Part shown: piece after piece, positions 13,801 to 25,800 of the stretch
Numbering within the stretch: position 1 is the first letter of the stretch
How the letters are laid out: each line of letters opens with the position of its first letter
Origin: Balanoglossus misakiensis
Taxonomy: Eukaryota > Animalia > Hemichordata
Direction of reading: 5' to 3'
Assembly (NCBI GenBank): GCA_040954595.2
Contig: CM082579.2
Location: 2,410,345 to 2,474,344, forward strand
Length of the DNA stretch: 64,000 nucleotides
Made by a program: the position numbers and the translations under genes
The notes under the pieces: generated by a model
Told to the model about the DNA's origin: nothing
Database searches by the model: none
The model's input: only the letters and a program-made list of their open reading frames with translations

Positions 13801-16800
13801 TCAAAACAGAATGTACATGTCTAGCTGGCCTGTTTCACTCAACGGATCCACTGTTTGATTGACATGATACAAGAGAACGGTACTGACACCAATCACATTT
13901 TTCCCCACCACGGATGGTTGCATAGGAAAAATAAGTAAACAACACAAACATGTAAGTTGTCACCTCGAGCTGATGACGTCTCACAATGAAATGGTTTTGC
14001 AGACCATGCTTAAATCCCCCCTAATTACGGACTATCTATGTCCGAATCCTCGGCAATATTGTCTCGCAATGTGGTTTATTTCTGTCATATAACGTCATCG
14101 AGAGTAACAAGAATTTGATGGTAAATGAAATGCTCTGACGTCATCAATATCTGCCCTTTGTGTTGGTTTTAATTCCCCGGAACCGGAACGATTTCACGGT
14201 CGAGTTGGCCGCCCCTATTCGTTTCCTGGCAAGTAAAGATGCGGTTTCGGTGGTTTCTTTTGATAATAGAATACAGTGGTATTTAGCAATACAGCAAAAT
14301 GTATTACCGGCATATATCGCAATGAGATATTTTTTTTCCTGCGCTTTGGGTACGAATGGAATGTTTACACAGAACAGCTGTTGCAGCTGTTGTTTTTATA
14401 ACTCGACCGGTATCAATCAAAACGTTATTGAGAGAATTATTTGCGCGGCGGTCTGTTCTCGCCGAGTTCAAATCATAGCGGAAGAAGCTTTAAACTTTTG
14501 GGTGTGACGTGGACATTCCCAAGTTGAAACTCAGTGCGTAGGGATGGGGCACTACTGACTAACCACTGCGAATCTGTCAAGAAGGGGGACTGTCAGCTCA
14601 TGGCAGGCAGTTTTTAATTATAATAGCAGAACCCTGTTCCCATGATATTCTGCCAGGTTTCAAGTTGTGAACGATAGTGTTAGAATCTTTAGACGTAAAG
14701 TTGTGTATAGTCATCTTTACTATGCTGTGAAATGAGCGATTCCAACGATCCGGGAACCATCTTGATTTTGAATTATTGGTATCGCTTTATTGTCTTCTTG
14801 AAGTCTGCTTGAGCAAAGTAATTGGGAATGAGAGTTTCGCGGTTGCGATGCAGGCCGATACCATGGCACCAACGATAATTAGAGATACTTATCATGACAT
14901 TGCGGCTTTGTACCCTTTCATCGTTTCTACAGTAAAATATATTGTTTCTCTGGGAAACATATAAATTCGTAAAATTATATTAGGTTAACCGCGCAAAAGT
15001 AAAAAATTTAAAGAGAAAAAAAACGTTATTAATAATTGAATGAGCATCCCAAATGTACGATAACTGTGATAGTTTCAGACTTGGCAGGGACATCATTGAA
15101 ATTCCGACATGTCGGCATCAATAATATTAATGGTGGCCAATGTCATAGGGCCTGCCAAAACTGTGAGCCAAATGCACAAACTAAATCTGCCATAAGTCGT
15201 TGCAAAGCACACTGTGTTACTCCCTGACGCCTGAATATTTGAAGCCTTCAGCGATCATAATGGACGGCCGATCCGAGTTCCTATCTTGCCCCGGCAAAAT
15301 AATTAAATGAATCCACTCGTATGGGAATAGGCGTCTCCCCTTCTGGATGGAAAGTAAATATTTAATAAATCCGGAGTCAAAATGCTGACGTTTTTTCTGT
15401 GATTTGCAACGCTGTCAGCGCATCGAGAGTCTTAACAGGCTGCAATGTCCTCCGATAATCGCGATTTCTATTTTGAACTATCCATGATACATCTGTGCCA
15501 GGTTGTTTTGAATAATCGCATATAATGACCCTATGCACCTGGATACTTATCAGTTTTTGTGTCGACGGCTGGGTTTACCATTTTGAGCAATACTTCGACG
15601 GTTATAGTAATCCGATATGAGCTGTACCGGCAGCTTTATAAAAATCTTGCGTCCTTTATGGTGATATCTCCTCAGTTAATGAACAGTTCTTATTTTTTTG
15701 CAAAATAATGCTATTATCGAGAGATTTGGGTGGAGTGATAATCTCGTGTGTATAGATGTCTTTGGCGGACCCGACAGGCGAGGTTGGACCATATGTTTGG
15801 CTGCATATTCCTTGGGTTCACCTGGATTTGGTTATTTTGCATGACGCGAGTTATCTGGTCATTGGATGGCATACTATGTTTGCAATAGTTATGTGATTTT
15901 TTTTCTGGTTCATTATCTGAAGAAATATTTCTAAAATTTAGTTCTTGTTAACTTCATCTCCTATACTTTATTTTGTTCGCTTTTAAAAGTCACTTCAAAA
16001 TACTTCAAATATCTCTTTGGAACTTTATACTTCTCTTGTTTTTCGTCAAGGGAGGTGTCGTTCATTTTTTCCTACAGGATGTTGTACTCAATGACCTCGC
16101 TGGCTTTTATACATATATTGTGCGATTGTTACTGCCAACATATAAATTGTTACAGCAAAGTCTGTTTCAAGGCCGCATTTTATCACATACCTCATAGAAC
16201 AATATAATCAGCAGCAAAATCACTATCTAAGGTCAAGATCACCTCTCGAACACCATATGGGACTCTAATTTTATTATTCGTGGGTGTCTGATTGCAATAT
16301 TGGGAACGGTAAAGCCTTTTATAACATACTAATAACTCAAGAGATCTTTTGCTTGTATAGAGAAAACATAAGTGTGGCATTGTGTATTGGTGCACATGCG
16401 CTCTCTGCTTTCGGTGCGATGTAAATCCATCACACAACCCACTAGCTGTAGCCATATTTAGGAAGGGTCTGTTTAAAAATAAAAATCACATCATCCCGAA
16501 ATGGCGTTGTTACCCACGTGATATTCGCATGACTTTATAACAACTCGTGTGCTTAGTATTCTTTCAGCATGACAGAAAGACTAGTGAGAACGAAATCACG
16601 GTTGCCGCCATGGAGGGTATCGGCCACAAAGTCAGGAAAGCAATATTCTCCCTCTCTTAATCAAAGATTACCCGGTGACCTAAGTTTAAAGTGCGAAAAA
16701 CGAATTTCAGGTGTCTCGGGAGCGTCTAATCGTCCAAGCATGCCACTGGGGGTTTCAACGTGGCCTACTGCGAGCAAACGGTCACATATATAATCTTGAT

Positions 16801-18357
16801 GTATGGCACCCCAGTGCCCCATGAAAGACGACGCCATTACAGTGTCGCTGACATTTGCTATGGAAGATTCCAAAACAGAACAGAGATTAAAGACGGGAAT
16901 AAATCGTGGGTTTTCCATGATTTGTCGAATAAGTCTTTCCCCGACAGTTTGAAAAATTTCTATCATCCCTGATCCTCTGACCCCGGTAAGTCCGTCGGCG
17001 ACTTCGCCTTAAGAATAACCTCAAATTATTAACCCGAAAAGCGCGTTGATTTTCATCTATTATATCGAAATGAACCATACAATTTTTTTCCGCATATAGA
17101 TTGCCTGATTAGTTAACATAACATTGCATTTCATATTCCTGACCGTATTATAATGTTTGTACTTTTAACGAATTTCAGAGATTGATTTTTTTCTGTCGGG
17201 GAAATAATCAAGAAATATCCGAGAAGGGTGTTAAGGTAAGAGGATTTGGTCCTCTCTGTCTGTCCTTGTGTAAATCATTGTACATCATGGAAATAAATCA
17301 TGGTTGCGTGTAAGGGGATTTCAAGATTTTGCTTTGATACCAAACTGCACTGTACTGTGTGTCCCTTCATGCAAAAAGCATCTGTGGGCGTCATCGTACA
17401 CGTGTTTGGCTGAGTAGCTGGCCTCTCAGATGTCGACTGAAGGTCGACGTTTGGTTGTTCGATCTGACTGTCTTCAAGTCGAGATGCGGCAAAATCGCCC
17501 GCCAGGGTTATTTGCAAACACATCTGTTTTCATCATCCGTCATTTTTTATTTTTGCATTATTCGTCGGAATGTATCTGCTGACAGCTAGCTCTTGATTTA
17601 TGACAAATAATAATATTTCGGAAAGATAAAGTACATGCATTTTACTGATCCTAAGTATGTATGTTATATAATATGGGTACGTGTTTATTTACATGCATAT
17701 TCTGTGTCTTTCGAACCTCCATCTCAGCCGTCATCATAGTTTCTTGATCCCTGACATTATCTCAGCTCCATTACATTCAGAGATGATCGAGAGTAATTTC
17801 TCTAAGTTCAGGTACAATAGTTTACAGACCACTGCGACATTGGCAATGATGAAAACGTTTAACCCTCTTTCCCGTCGGGATTATCCACACCTTGAATACT
17901 CAACACCTTTGAGAATTACAAGGCGGTGGAATATCATTGGCAAGAAACAAATGTGCACACGTCCTTGATATAAAGCCACAATGCAGATCGAGAAAAATTT
18001 CCACTGGTGTATTCACGGTTATGATAGGTTGCGTTTTGTTGGCGTAATCTGGGGCTAAATCTAGCATATGGTCACCTTTGCTAGATGACAATCTCTCTTC
18101 ATGGCCCAATAAAGTAGCATTAAATATGGATTAAACGGCGAAGCAGCAACATGGCGTGCCGAGTGAAGTCATACACAATAATAACCTTGGCTCTCAGCCA
18201 GTTTGTGTGTGAGGTCGAGTGTGATTGAATCGCGAGACCTGGTAATCAGATTTGCGAAGTAATTGAACATGCGAATTATTTAGTTCATTTCTTGGAAACC
18301 TTCAAAAGGAAAATAAAACATACAGTCACATTAAAGTTTAATAATAAAAAATGGAAG

Positions 18358-18363
18358 TTTATT
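18358..18363 (-). terminator. Candidate polyadenylation signal (AATAAA) of the GABA-receptor gene; alternative at 18777-18782
   Basis: AATAAA on the minus strand about 1.2 kb after the stop codon, followed by T/GT-rich sequence. No transcript evidence. Confidence 0.4.
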
Positions 18364-19547
18364 CATAAAGGACAACCACAGACATAAGTACCTTGATATC
18401 GAGCGCACTCCCTTCTTTCTCCCCTCTGTATGTACACACTGCGTGTCTTGCTTACCACATCGTAGAAATATGTACTAATAGACTTACTACAGTGCCACAA
18501 AACAATAGCCTTGTGTTCTAAGCATCGAGATCAAGAGAGACATTCAAAAGAATACAACATAATGGTAATTACAACAAAAAGGAACGCTAGTGCGAATCTT
18601 TTCTGGAACTGTTTGCTTCGATATGGTCTAATTATCTGCTCAAAGATTCAAAACACAAGAATCAGGAACTAATATAACTATTAGGCATTACATTAAAGTT
18701 TCAATATCGGCAGACGTTCCCCAAACACACGATTAATTCAGGGCTGCATTTTCAGCATTTTCTGGTCGTCCTGTTTTTTATTCCAATGTTGTAACTTTAG
18801 TGGTATGTACTAAAAGTGCTTCCACTACTCAACTATAAAGAGGTACCGTCTAATGTAGTTTTCTTTACGAGTCCGTGCTCCACATCCTGGGATGTTGGCT
18901 AATGCGTACGTAAATCTTTTATGCCCACTACAAGTTCTAAACTTAGAAGCAAGTACGGCCAGTCAACACATGGTTAGAGCGATCGCCAATCCCCAAGATG
19001 GAAGCGTGCTATGCCGAAGTTTACAATGGTGCCAAATAAAGATGCGGCTGTGTTTGCTTTTCCAAGGTTTTGCGATTGGCAGTATTCTACTGCCGTCTTC
19101 CGGTCACGGATGATGATATATAAAAGAGACTGTTGACTGATGGAGGCATCGTGGGGTGTGGACATTTCATTGCCATTCATTCAAAGGTATTGAGTATTTG
19201 AAAAGAGGTTAGGGGTTTCTTTGAACATGTGTGTCTAAAGCTCAAAGTTTTTTGCGGAACTTATCATGTTCACTCAGTGTCAGATTACATTATCATGAAG
19301 TGGCCAGAAGATGGCGCCATTACTTCGTAACCTACAAAGTGGCACACGTGTACATCCCGATAAATGAATTACGCTTTTGGGGGGAAATCCGATTGCAAAA
19401 TGTACAAAATCTGGAAAGGTCTTGCCGTATGAATTTCACGACAATCATCTTATGAAAAATACTCTATAGCTTTGTAAAAGCTAGACCACATATGCGTGGT
19501 GATTTGGTCCATCTAAAGTTCGCCCTCTGAACATTTCAGGTAAACGG

Positions 19548-19886
19548 TTAGGACCACTCCTTCTTAAGAGTGGCGATGGTATCGCTTTCGTGGGTCACCC
19601 CTCCGGCTGAAAGATAGGCTACCCAGTACAAGATGTTCAGTATCATAAAAGCCGCGGGAAACGCGATCCTCGAAGCCTTGTCTATGCGATAGATTTCCAC
19701 GCCGCGACAACTGCGAGACCAGCTGAAGTTCTTGTATATTCTGTTTCCCTTCAGGCAATGTATGAGCGCTCTGCAGCACGTTTCTTCCTCGCCGGGTTCA
19801 TCGTACGCTGATTCTGTGTTGTTGGGAGTCAGTCTGTAATCACCACCATACTTCATTTTGCGTTTGCAGTTGTTTCCATGTTGTAC
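19548..19886 (-). CDS. GABA-R coding exon 9: end of M3-M4 loop, M4, stop
   Basis: Acceptor tttcctatag|GTA CAA CAT; encodes [25 protein letters not shown]; TAA at 19548-19550. Confidence 0.93.
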   Translation of the reverse strand, partial: VQHGNNCKRKMKYGGDYRLTPNNTESAYDEPGEEETCCRALIHCLKGNRIYKNFSWSRSCRGVEIYRIDKASRIAFPAAFMILNILYWVAYLSAGGVTHESDTIATLKKEWS

Positions 19887-22800
19887 CTATAGGAAATGTG
19901 GACAGAAACAAAACAGCAAATATGTGTGCGAGTGTTGTGACTGTTATTAAAATGAGAGATTCTCTGCTAAACGGCTCGCGTGACAGCTTTCATTTAGTGA
20001 AGGAAAATTGATGTTCGTATTTTGCAACTCATGATGTTTGCAGCGTCTGTTTCTAGTCACAGGTCAACGGCTTTACGTTCGGATGATTGAAAAGTTGCCA
20101 ATCTGGACGGCATATACGACGGCGCTTCCTGTATGCTTCGCCGCAAGCAGGGGCGTTTTGATATTTCCATTAAAAAGTAATATAATAAAACAGTGCCATC
20201 ATTTCATTTTTATTATCCAGTGATGATCGCTAGAAACTGTCATCTATATCCGTTCCAAGTACGAACGACTCTTACCCGAACATCGGTCTCTACGTCGCCG
20301 ACATTCGCTTCTGACGTAGACGATGTGTTTGCCTCGTCGATGGTCGGTGTTTTGCTGAAGAAATTGACAGCTGCAAATTCCATGAGAGATCCAAGTACAA
20401 AGGTGAAACACAAGGCCAGATACCAATCCAGCGACTTTGCATATGAAACCTTCGGCAGGGTGTCCTTTATGCTCCAACCCAGGGTGGTTATTGCCAGAAT
20501 GGTCAAAACACCTGAGCGGAAAAACAAATTCCCAGACGTACACCGAGTTAATTATCACGTTAATAGACACCGGAGTAAACACAGGAACGCCGGATATTGG
20601 GAGAAAATTGATTACTGATTGTGCAAAATTCGCAGTTGACATAATAATTACCACTTGACTTGATTTTGAAAATTGTTGACAATCGAAAAAACAACAGTTC
20701 TGATAGTTTATTTGAATTGACAAGAGTTGGTCGACTGGACTGGCGAACGATTGTGCAACAGACTCTGTCTCATTGAAATTTGGTCACGGTCTGCTGAGCG
20801 AAATGACGTGATTGCTGTGACGTACCTAGAGCGACCCTTGATGGAGTGGCGTCCGGATTTAACCAGAAGGACACCCAGGACGACATGGTGACCAGAATAC
20901 AGGGCACGTAAATCTGGATCAGGAAGTAGCCGATGTGTCTTTGCAGATAAAAGTGCGCGTATAAGACCGATCTGTCACCTGCAATGTGAACAGTCCAGCG
21001 TGAGTTGCAACTTATCGGTGAATTAAACCGATTCAATACGTCCCCGCATCAGGGATGACTACAACCCTGATGTGAACGCTGGCAATCTCAATTGCCCACC
21101 GTTATTATTACGGGACGCAATCGCGTGTATGATTCTGATATACGACCAACTTATGGCGTTGAGATTGCGACTGAACCAAGCATGGCATGGTGTTATGGCG
21201 TGCGAATACAAATGAGAGCTTTTCATTCTAAGGTTAATTTACACCCATTCGTTTCAAATAATAGAGTGCGATGCAGTGCAAACCATTGCACAAAAGTTAG
21301 GACCAGATCCAAAGAATGAGCAATCGCGTTTAGTCATGAATCTAATGAAATCGGATCATTCTTTCTAGGTCGCGGTCGTTTGTAATTTATGGCACATGCG
21401 CTTGTGTAATTCCCTACAAAAGAATGCAGAGCTTTTGTGTCATAAGGAGGATTCATTTCGCAAATTAAGCTTGCATAGTTCTCGTAAATATGCCAGAACA
21501 TCTTGTCCGCTGGAAGAACGAAGTGCACTATAGCCACGAGAGGGCGCGGCAAAGTTCATGTGCCACAGTGACCTTTCGGTACACCCAATAATTAACTAAA
21601 GAGTTGAGCCGACCCACATGCGTAATTCTACACAACGAAAATAACAAGTTCCCAAACCGCTTTCCCCACGGAAAATCTGAGGAATGTGGCCTGCTAATGA
21701 AAGCTGGAAGGCTTAAAACAGGAAAATTGGAGAGAAAGAGCAATGACACAGAATTTGCCTTCATAGCTGTCGATGAAAAGCGATGATAAAAATCAAGTAA
21801 TCGAAAACCACTAATATTATCTCCAGAGATCGCATTATAGACAGACGCGCAGGCTCTCTATATGTCAAGCAACGTCAGAAAAACAATATTCTGATGGTGC
21901 ATTAACACGTTTACACTAATGAATTTTGATGGTTTTCTTCTGGCGCTTTTGCAAACATGAGCAGTCCGCCCCGACGCTATTGCGATATCAGATGGAAAGC
22001 AATGGAGGGTCCCAGACCCAAGCCTCACTCCTGGAGGCCAGTGAAGGCTTACCGATTCTGTCAGACCTGATGACTGTCTCGCCCGTCGAGTTGGTCACCA
22101 GAAAGAACTGAGAAAGCCGGGTATTCTCGGAGAGCACCACTTTATCGGAGTGCCAGCTGTAGACGACATCGTCAGTGGAGAAGCTATCTGAGTAGGATTA
22201 CAGAAACAAGAAACGAATATTTGCAGTGAAAAGAACTGTTGTCAAAAATAAGGACACGTCAATTGACGGAGATGTTCTTTTATATACACGTGTGTGCATG
22301 AAAAGGCAAAGTTTGGTTGTTTTGCTAAACTTCCCAAACACTTGCATCGTTTAATCCTAGACAGCAACCGTCTCCACAGATAGACATTAAGAAAAATTAC
22401 AAAAAACAAATGTAAGAAACAGTAACTCATTTTCTGTTGTTCCCAGTCATATGTACATGGCATTACCCTGGCTAAAGTTGGAAGGGGAGGGGTCCGCTAG
22501 CTGTCTTACTGATCTTTTATAATACGTCTATTTCATTTAAGATACAGAAAACATAACTTTTTATATTACGTCGGGTGAAACTATACGAGTTCGTTTGTGG
22601 ATGTTGTATCAAGTCGTAGGTGGCGTGGGCTTTCCAATCCATCAGTTGTCGTGTGTTGTGGTTATTTTAAAATTCTGGATGGCAACGGTATAATTCCCGA
22701 TTGCTAGACTGGGAAATGATATCTCCAGATGCAACGGAAACGTTTGCTATCTATAATTACGGATAAATTTGTTGCGGACCGAAACCATGGGGAATGCTAT

Positions 22801-25800
22801 TCCACTGCCCTTAAAAACTTATTGCAAACTATTCGTTTCATTTTGGACTGAGTTATGTCAGTAGTAATGCGGGAATATGTAGGCCATGAAATGCTCATAG
22901 CTGTGGTCGTACATTTTATGTTTCTTCCCAAATGTCTTTTGGCGGTTCAGACCAGACTATGGTGTTGGTTTTGCAAATGTAAGTGTGTCTGGCAATTCTG
23001 TCTCAGGCAGGCCAGCGTTTCCACCGATTTCAACTAAATATACCCCCAGTCCTCCAAATGCCACTGCAACGTTGCCATTTTTTTTAGTTTTCTTCTTTCT
23101 TAAGGGGCTGTGGATATTTTAAAACACGCACATGATAAAAACAAGTAATTCTGTCTGACTGATCCAATGTGAACTATATATGTTACACCAATACGAATAA
23201 ATTGCGCGCGATAATCAAAATACAGTACTATTTAACCTTTTCCCTTCTGAGCGAAGAAAAGTCATTCATCATGCACGTGTTTAAATTATCCACGACCCCT
23301 TACGAGATACGTTCATTATTTTAAAGATCTGACCGCAAAACGACCTTTAAAAGCGTAAGGCAGCATCAATGCTGACTCAGAGAAGACACACTTTCAAGAG
23401 TTGTTATGACCACGACTTGGAATCTGGAATACGGCATCAAATTGCCTCGGCCAGTCTTTTTTTTCAAGCGTGCTGGTATAACGAGAATACAAGCATGCAC
23501 ACATCGCTTCGTACTAATTTAGGGTCAAGACCTGCATTAAAAACCAGTTTATTGACAGACTCTGACGCCAATGAATTAAATCATGTTGACATTAAAGACA
23601 TATTTCCCTGTCAAAACGCTATCTGTGGTTTTCTTATTATTTCACTTAAGCGATAAACAGGCTATTCATAGAGAACATAACACGTTATTTCAAACAAGAC
23701 CACAGACTTGGGGTCAGGACGTTGTGAAGTAAATTTTATCTTTTTGAAAAGATCAATGACCCCTAAGTATTTACGTCTATTTTAGCTGAAAACGTGTATA
23801 CTATACTTAGCTGAATTAGAAAAGAATTGTATGCTTACTACTTCCGAAGAACAGGGGGCATATCTGCTTATCCATGGGATAGTTTTCGAAATGCATCTGG
23901 CATTCAGCGATAATTGTTAGTCTGTAAGACAAGAACATTAGATTAGGTCACCGACGTCACTGAAGAATTGTCAAACTATCGAAACTTCAGTTCCATAGAT
24001 CGCAGTACCTCACTGACACCCTGGTGGTGTACGTTGACTTATATCAAATGCAATAAATTATCGCTTGGTACTGTATAACAAGTTTATTAAGGTTGGAACC
24101 AGTTCATCTTATTTCTCATTTCCTCTTTCCGTGTGATGTGTTTTCTCGATGCAATCGTAGAGGAAATTTCAAAAAATAAGTCATTCAGAAAAAATGACTT
24201 GGGTAAATTGCGCCTATAAATATTGACACGGATTGCTCCAATACAGCGCTTTATGTCTTTACATGTTAAAAGATTCTTGATTGCAAATGTTGAAAGATGT
24301 GAATTAAAAATAATTTGCGATAAGAAAAGTACATTGTTCCCCCTGCATGCAGTCAAGAAAGTACTCTATTTGAATCGCCTACTCGATAAGACGGAATTGG
24401 TTTTGTCGTTTGCGTTTCGAGGCGTCACTTAACGTTTTGAGTGATGAGTTTCGATACGTTTGAAGGAAGGGCATTTCATTTAACTCTGAAACCCCACGTC
24501 TTCCATCGCTGATGGAGACTGTCGTCTTTCATTTGCCGCCATTTTGACAGCATAGCATGACTCTCTTATCTTGGGTTCACCACGAGAGTTGGCGTAGTCA
24601 CTTCTGTACCCATGGCAACGTGCATCGTGCAAACTCGCCGGCGACTGTGACACGCCGACGCACACAATCCAGCCGTATGATCACGGTGTCATCGCTGTCC
24701 AATTTCAATAAACCGCATCAAAACAGTTTTGCATTTTTTTTTGCAGAAACAATGACGAAAATATGGGACTGCTGTGTTCGGATGGATAAACACGATTTAT
24801 ACCATGCCGCCCAAACTCATCTTAGTGACAAATAATACCGTTTATGATGCAATCTATCACCACCATGCACATCTTTCATAGTGTTATTGGCTCGACACCT
24901 ATCGGTCTAATCGCGTTCGCAGAAACCAGTTTTGAAGAAGATGGAAATAACATCTTCTTTAAAACAACTTTGCATTCGCCATCAGAACTTAGTATCTTGT
25001 TTGTAAACAACTGAATATTGTCCCACACCGCTCATCTCTCAAAAACACTGAACCCACATACTAAAAATACACCAGTATCGCATGAAAAGTTAAACATATA
25101 GTAGAACATTTGTTTGGACATCATGCGTGTATATTCAATACGGGTGCACTTCCCAGTTTCGCCTGAAGACGTTTCAAGAAAATACTCAGATAACCATTAT
25201 CTGTTATTTGAGATATATCACCTTTGTACCCGCCTCGAAAGAACAACCAATGTACGTATGTATTATGTGTTTTTTTTATGCTTCCGATGTGGTTGTGCCA
25301 AAAATGACGTTTTTTTCCACTCAGACAGGTCTAATTGATTTTAAGTATGATATACCTTTGGGTATAGAGGACGTCTCCGTTCTGAGATATTCGGAATAGA
25401 CGGTTTGGCGTGGTGATGTTGTGCCCGTAGGATTTTTTCCCGTTGTGAAAATAAGTATCGGGGTACCAGATACTTTCCAACATGACAGTGTTCAGTGAGA
25501 GGATACGATAGGGGTCGTCATAAGCCAGACGGGGGTCATTCCATCGCTGCCGGAAGAACACATCTAAGTGGTATTCCTAAGAAACGAATCAAAAATTCAC
25601 CGCATTTAGTATGTCTCCGGGGTGATCCATATGCAGCAGATGCAACCGACCGTAGTATACACACCCGGTCACCGCAGAGGGAAACTGAGACTAAACGCCG
25701 AGGAATATGACTTCGGCGTCGTCGAGACCACATGCTATAAAATCGTCTGGTGGAGATTTATACGGAAGTTTAGTGTAATTAGCCAAGTGAGCGAAGCAGC

